Source of the DNA: Octopus sinensis
Taxonomy: Eukaryota
Assembly (NCBI RefSeq): GCF_006345805.1
Contig: NC_043004.1
Coordinates: 97,464,001-97,528,000, forward strand
DNA length: 64,000 nucleotides
Direction: 5' to 3'
In this document: piece by piece, positions 63,203 through 64,000 of the stretch
How the letters are laid out: the number at the start of each line of letters is the position of its first letter
Numbering within the stretch: position 1 is the first letter of the stretch
Notes under the pieces: model-generated
What the model was told of the DNA's origin: nothing
Database searches by the model: none
What the model saw: the letters and a program-made list of their open reading frames with translations, nothing else
Made by a program: the position numbers and the translations under genes

Positions 63203-64000
63203 GTCCACCAAGGTTCAGTCCTCAGCCCCTCCTATTTATCATAGTCCTCCAGGCAATAACGGAAGAATTTAAGACAGGATGCCCCTGGGAGCTCCTATAT
63301 GCTGATGACCTTGCTCTAATTGCTGAGTCACTATCAGAACTGGAGGAGAAGTTTCAGGTGTGGAAACAAGGATTAGAATCGAAGGGCCTTAGAATCAACC
63401 TAGCCAAAACCAAAGTCCTAATAAGTAGGAAGGTGGACCAACCACAAACGACTTCAGGTAGATGGCCCTGCTCGATCTGTAAGAAAGGTGTAGGTAGAAA
63501 CTCTATAAGGTGCACCAAGTGTAAGCTATGGACACATAAGAGGTGCAGCAATGTCAAAGGAAGGCTAACTAAGAAAATAGTTTTTGTCTGTGGCAGATGC
63601 TCAGGAGAAATGAACACTGGAAATGTGCAGAGACCAACTTCTACCACGTTCCAGGGAGACAAACTAGAAGTAGTTGATAGCTTCCGCTACCTAGGAGACC
63701 AAGTCAGTTGCGGGGGTGGGTGTGCTGAAAGTGTAACTGCTAGAGTAAGATAGCCTGGGCAAAGTTTAGAGAGCTCTTACCCCTGCTGGTGACAAAAGGC
63801 CTCCTCCTAAGAGTAAAAGGCAGACTATATGATGCGTGTGTACGTACAGCCATGCTACATGGTAGTGAAACATGGGCCGTGACAGCTGAGGATATGCGTA
63901 AGCTTGCAAGAAATGAAGCCAGTATGCTCCGATGGATGTGTAATGTCAGTGTTCATAATCGTCAGAGTGTAAGTACTTTGAGAGAAAAGTTGAACCTAAA
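63203..64000 (+). mobile_element. RTE-clade LINE, 5' truncated within the RT domain, carrying a PHD-type finger; runs off the window
   Basis: [14 protein letters not shown]...LLYADDL (63298-63312)...KTKV...CSIC-x10-CTKC-x4-HKRC-x14-CGRC...FRYLGD...AWAKFRELLP...HGSETW; two 1-bp deletions (about 63225 and 63750). Confidence 0.95.

Overview
AT-rich, repeat-saturated eukaryotic DNA with no gaps. The SINE/LINE families and microsatellite load look like an Octopus genome (recognised from memory, not searched). Most of the window is microsatellite or transposon: about 20 copies of a CORE-like tRNA-SINE (family A), about 10 of a Deu/Nin-like SINE (family B), about 8 of a third tRNA-SINE group (family C), and about 10 RTE-LINE 3' ends that nearly all sit in (TA)n tracts. 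There are also two R4/Dong ends in (TAA)n, Penelope and I-group LINE fossils, two decayed hAT transposases, piggyBac-like and foldback MITEs, and a Helitron. Almost all supplied ORFs are repeat artefacts. The best host-gene signal is three phase-compatible + strand exons at 56.8-59.9 kb, possibly preceded by 15-58 nt mini-exons at 34.7-46.6 kb; I could not name the protein. The most notable structures are a perfect 151-bp inverted templated insertion (24.9/26.2 kb), a PHD finger inside an RTE reverse transcriptase (63.4 kb), a duplicated triple-C2H2 module with an internal inversion (58.5/61.6 kb), degenerate repeat-spacer arrays (11-12 and 16 kb) and a near-perfect 1-kb tandem duplication (50.4-52.4 kb). 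I found no CRISPR array, rRNA or true tRNA gene, and nothing I can establish as a new biological system. All alignments and translations were done by eye, so TE boundaries are approximate.
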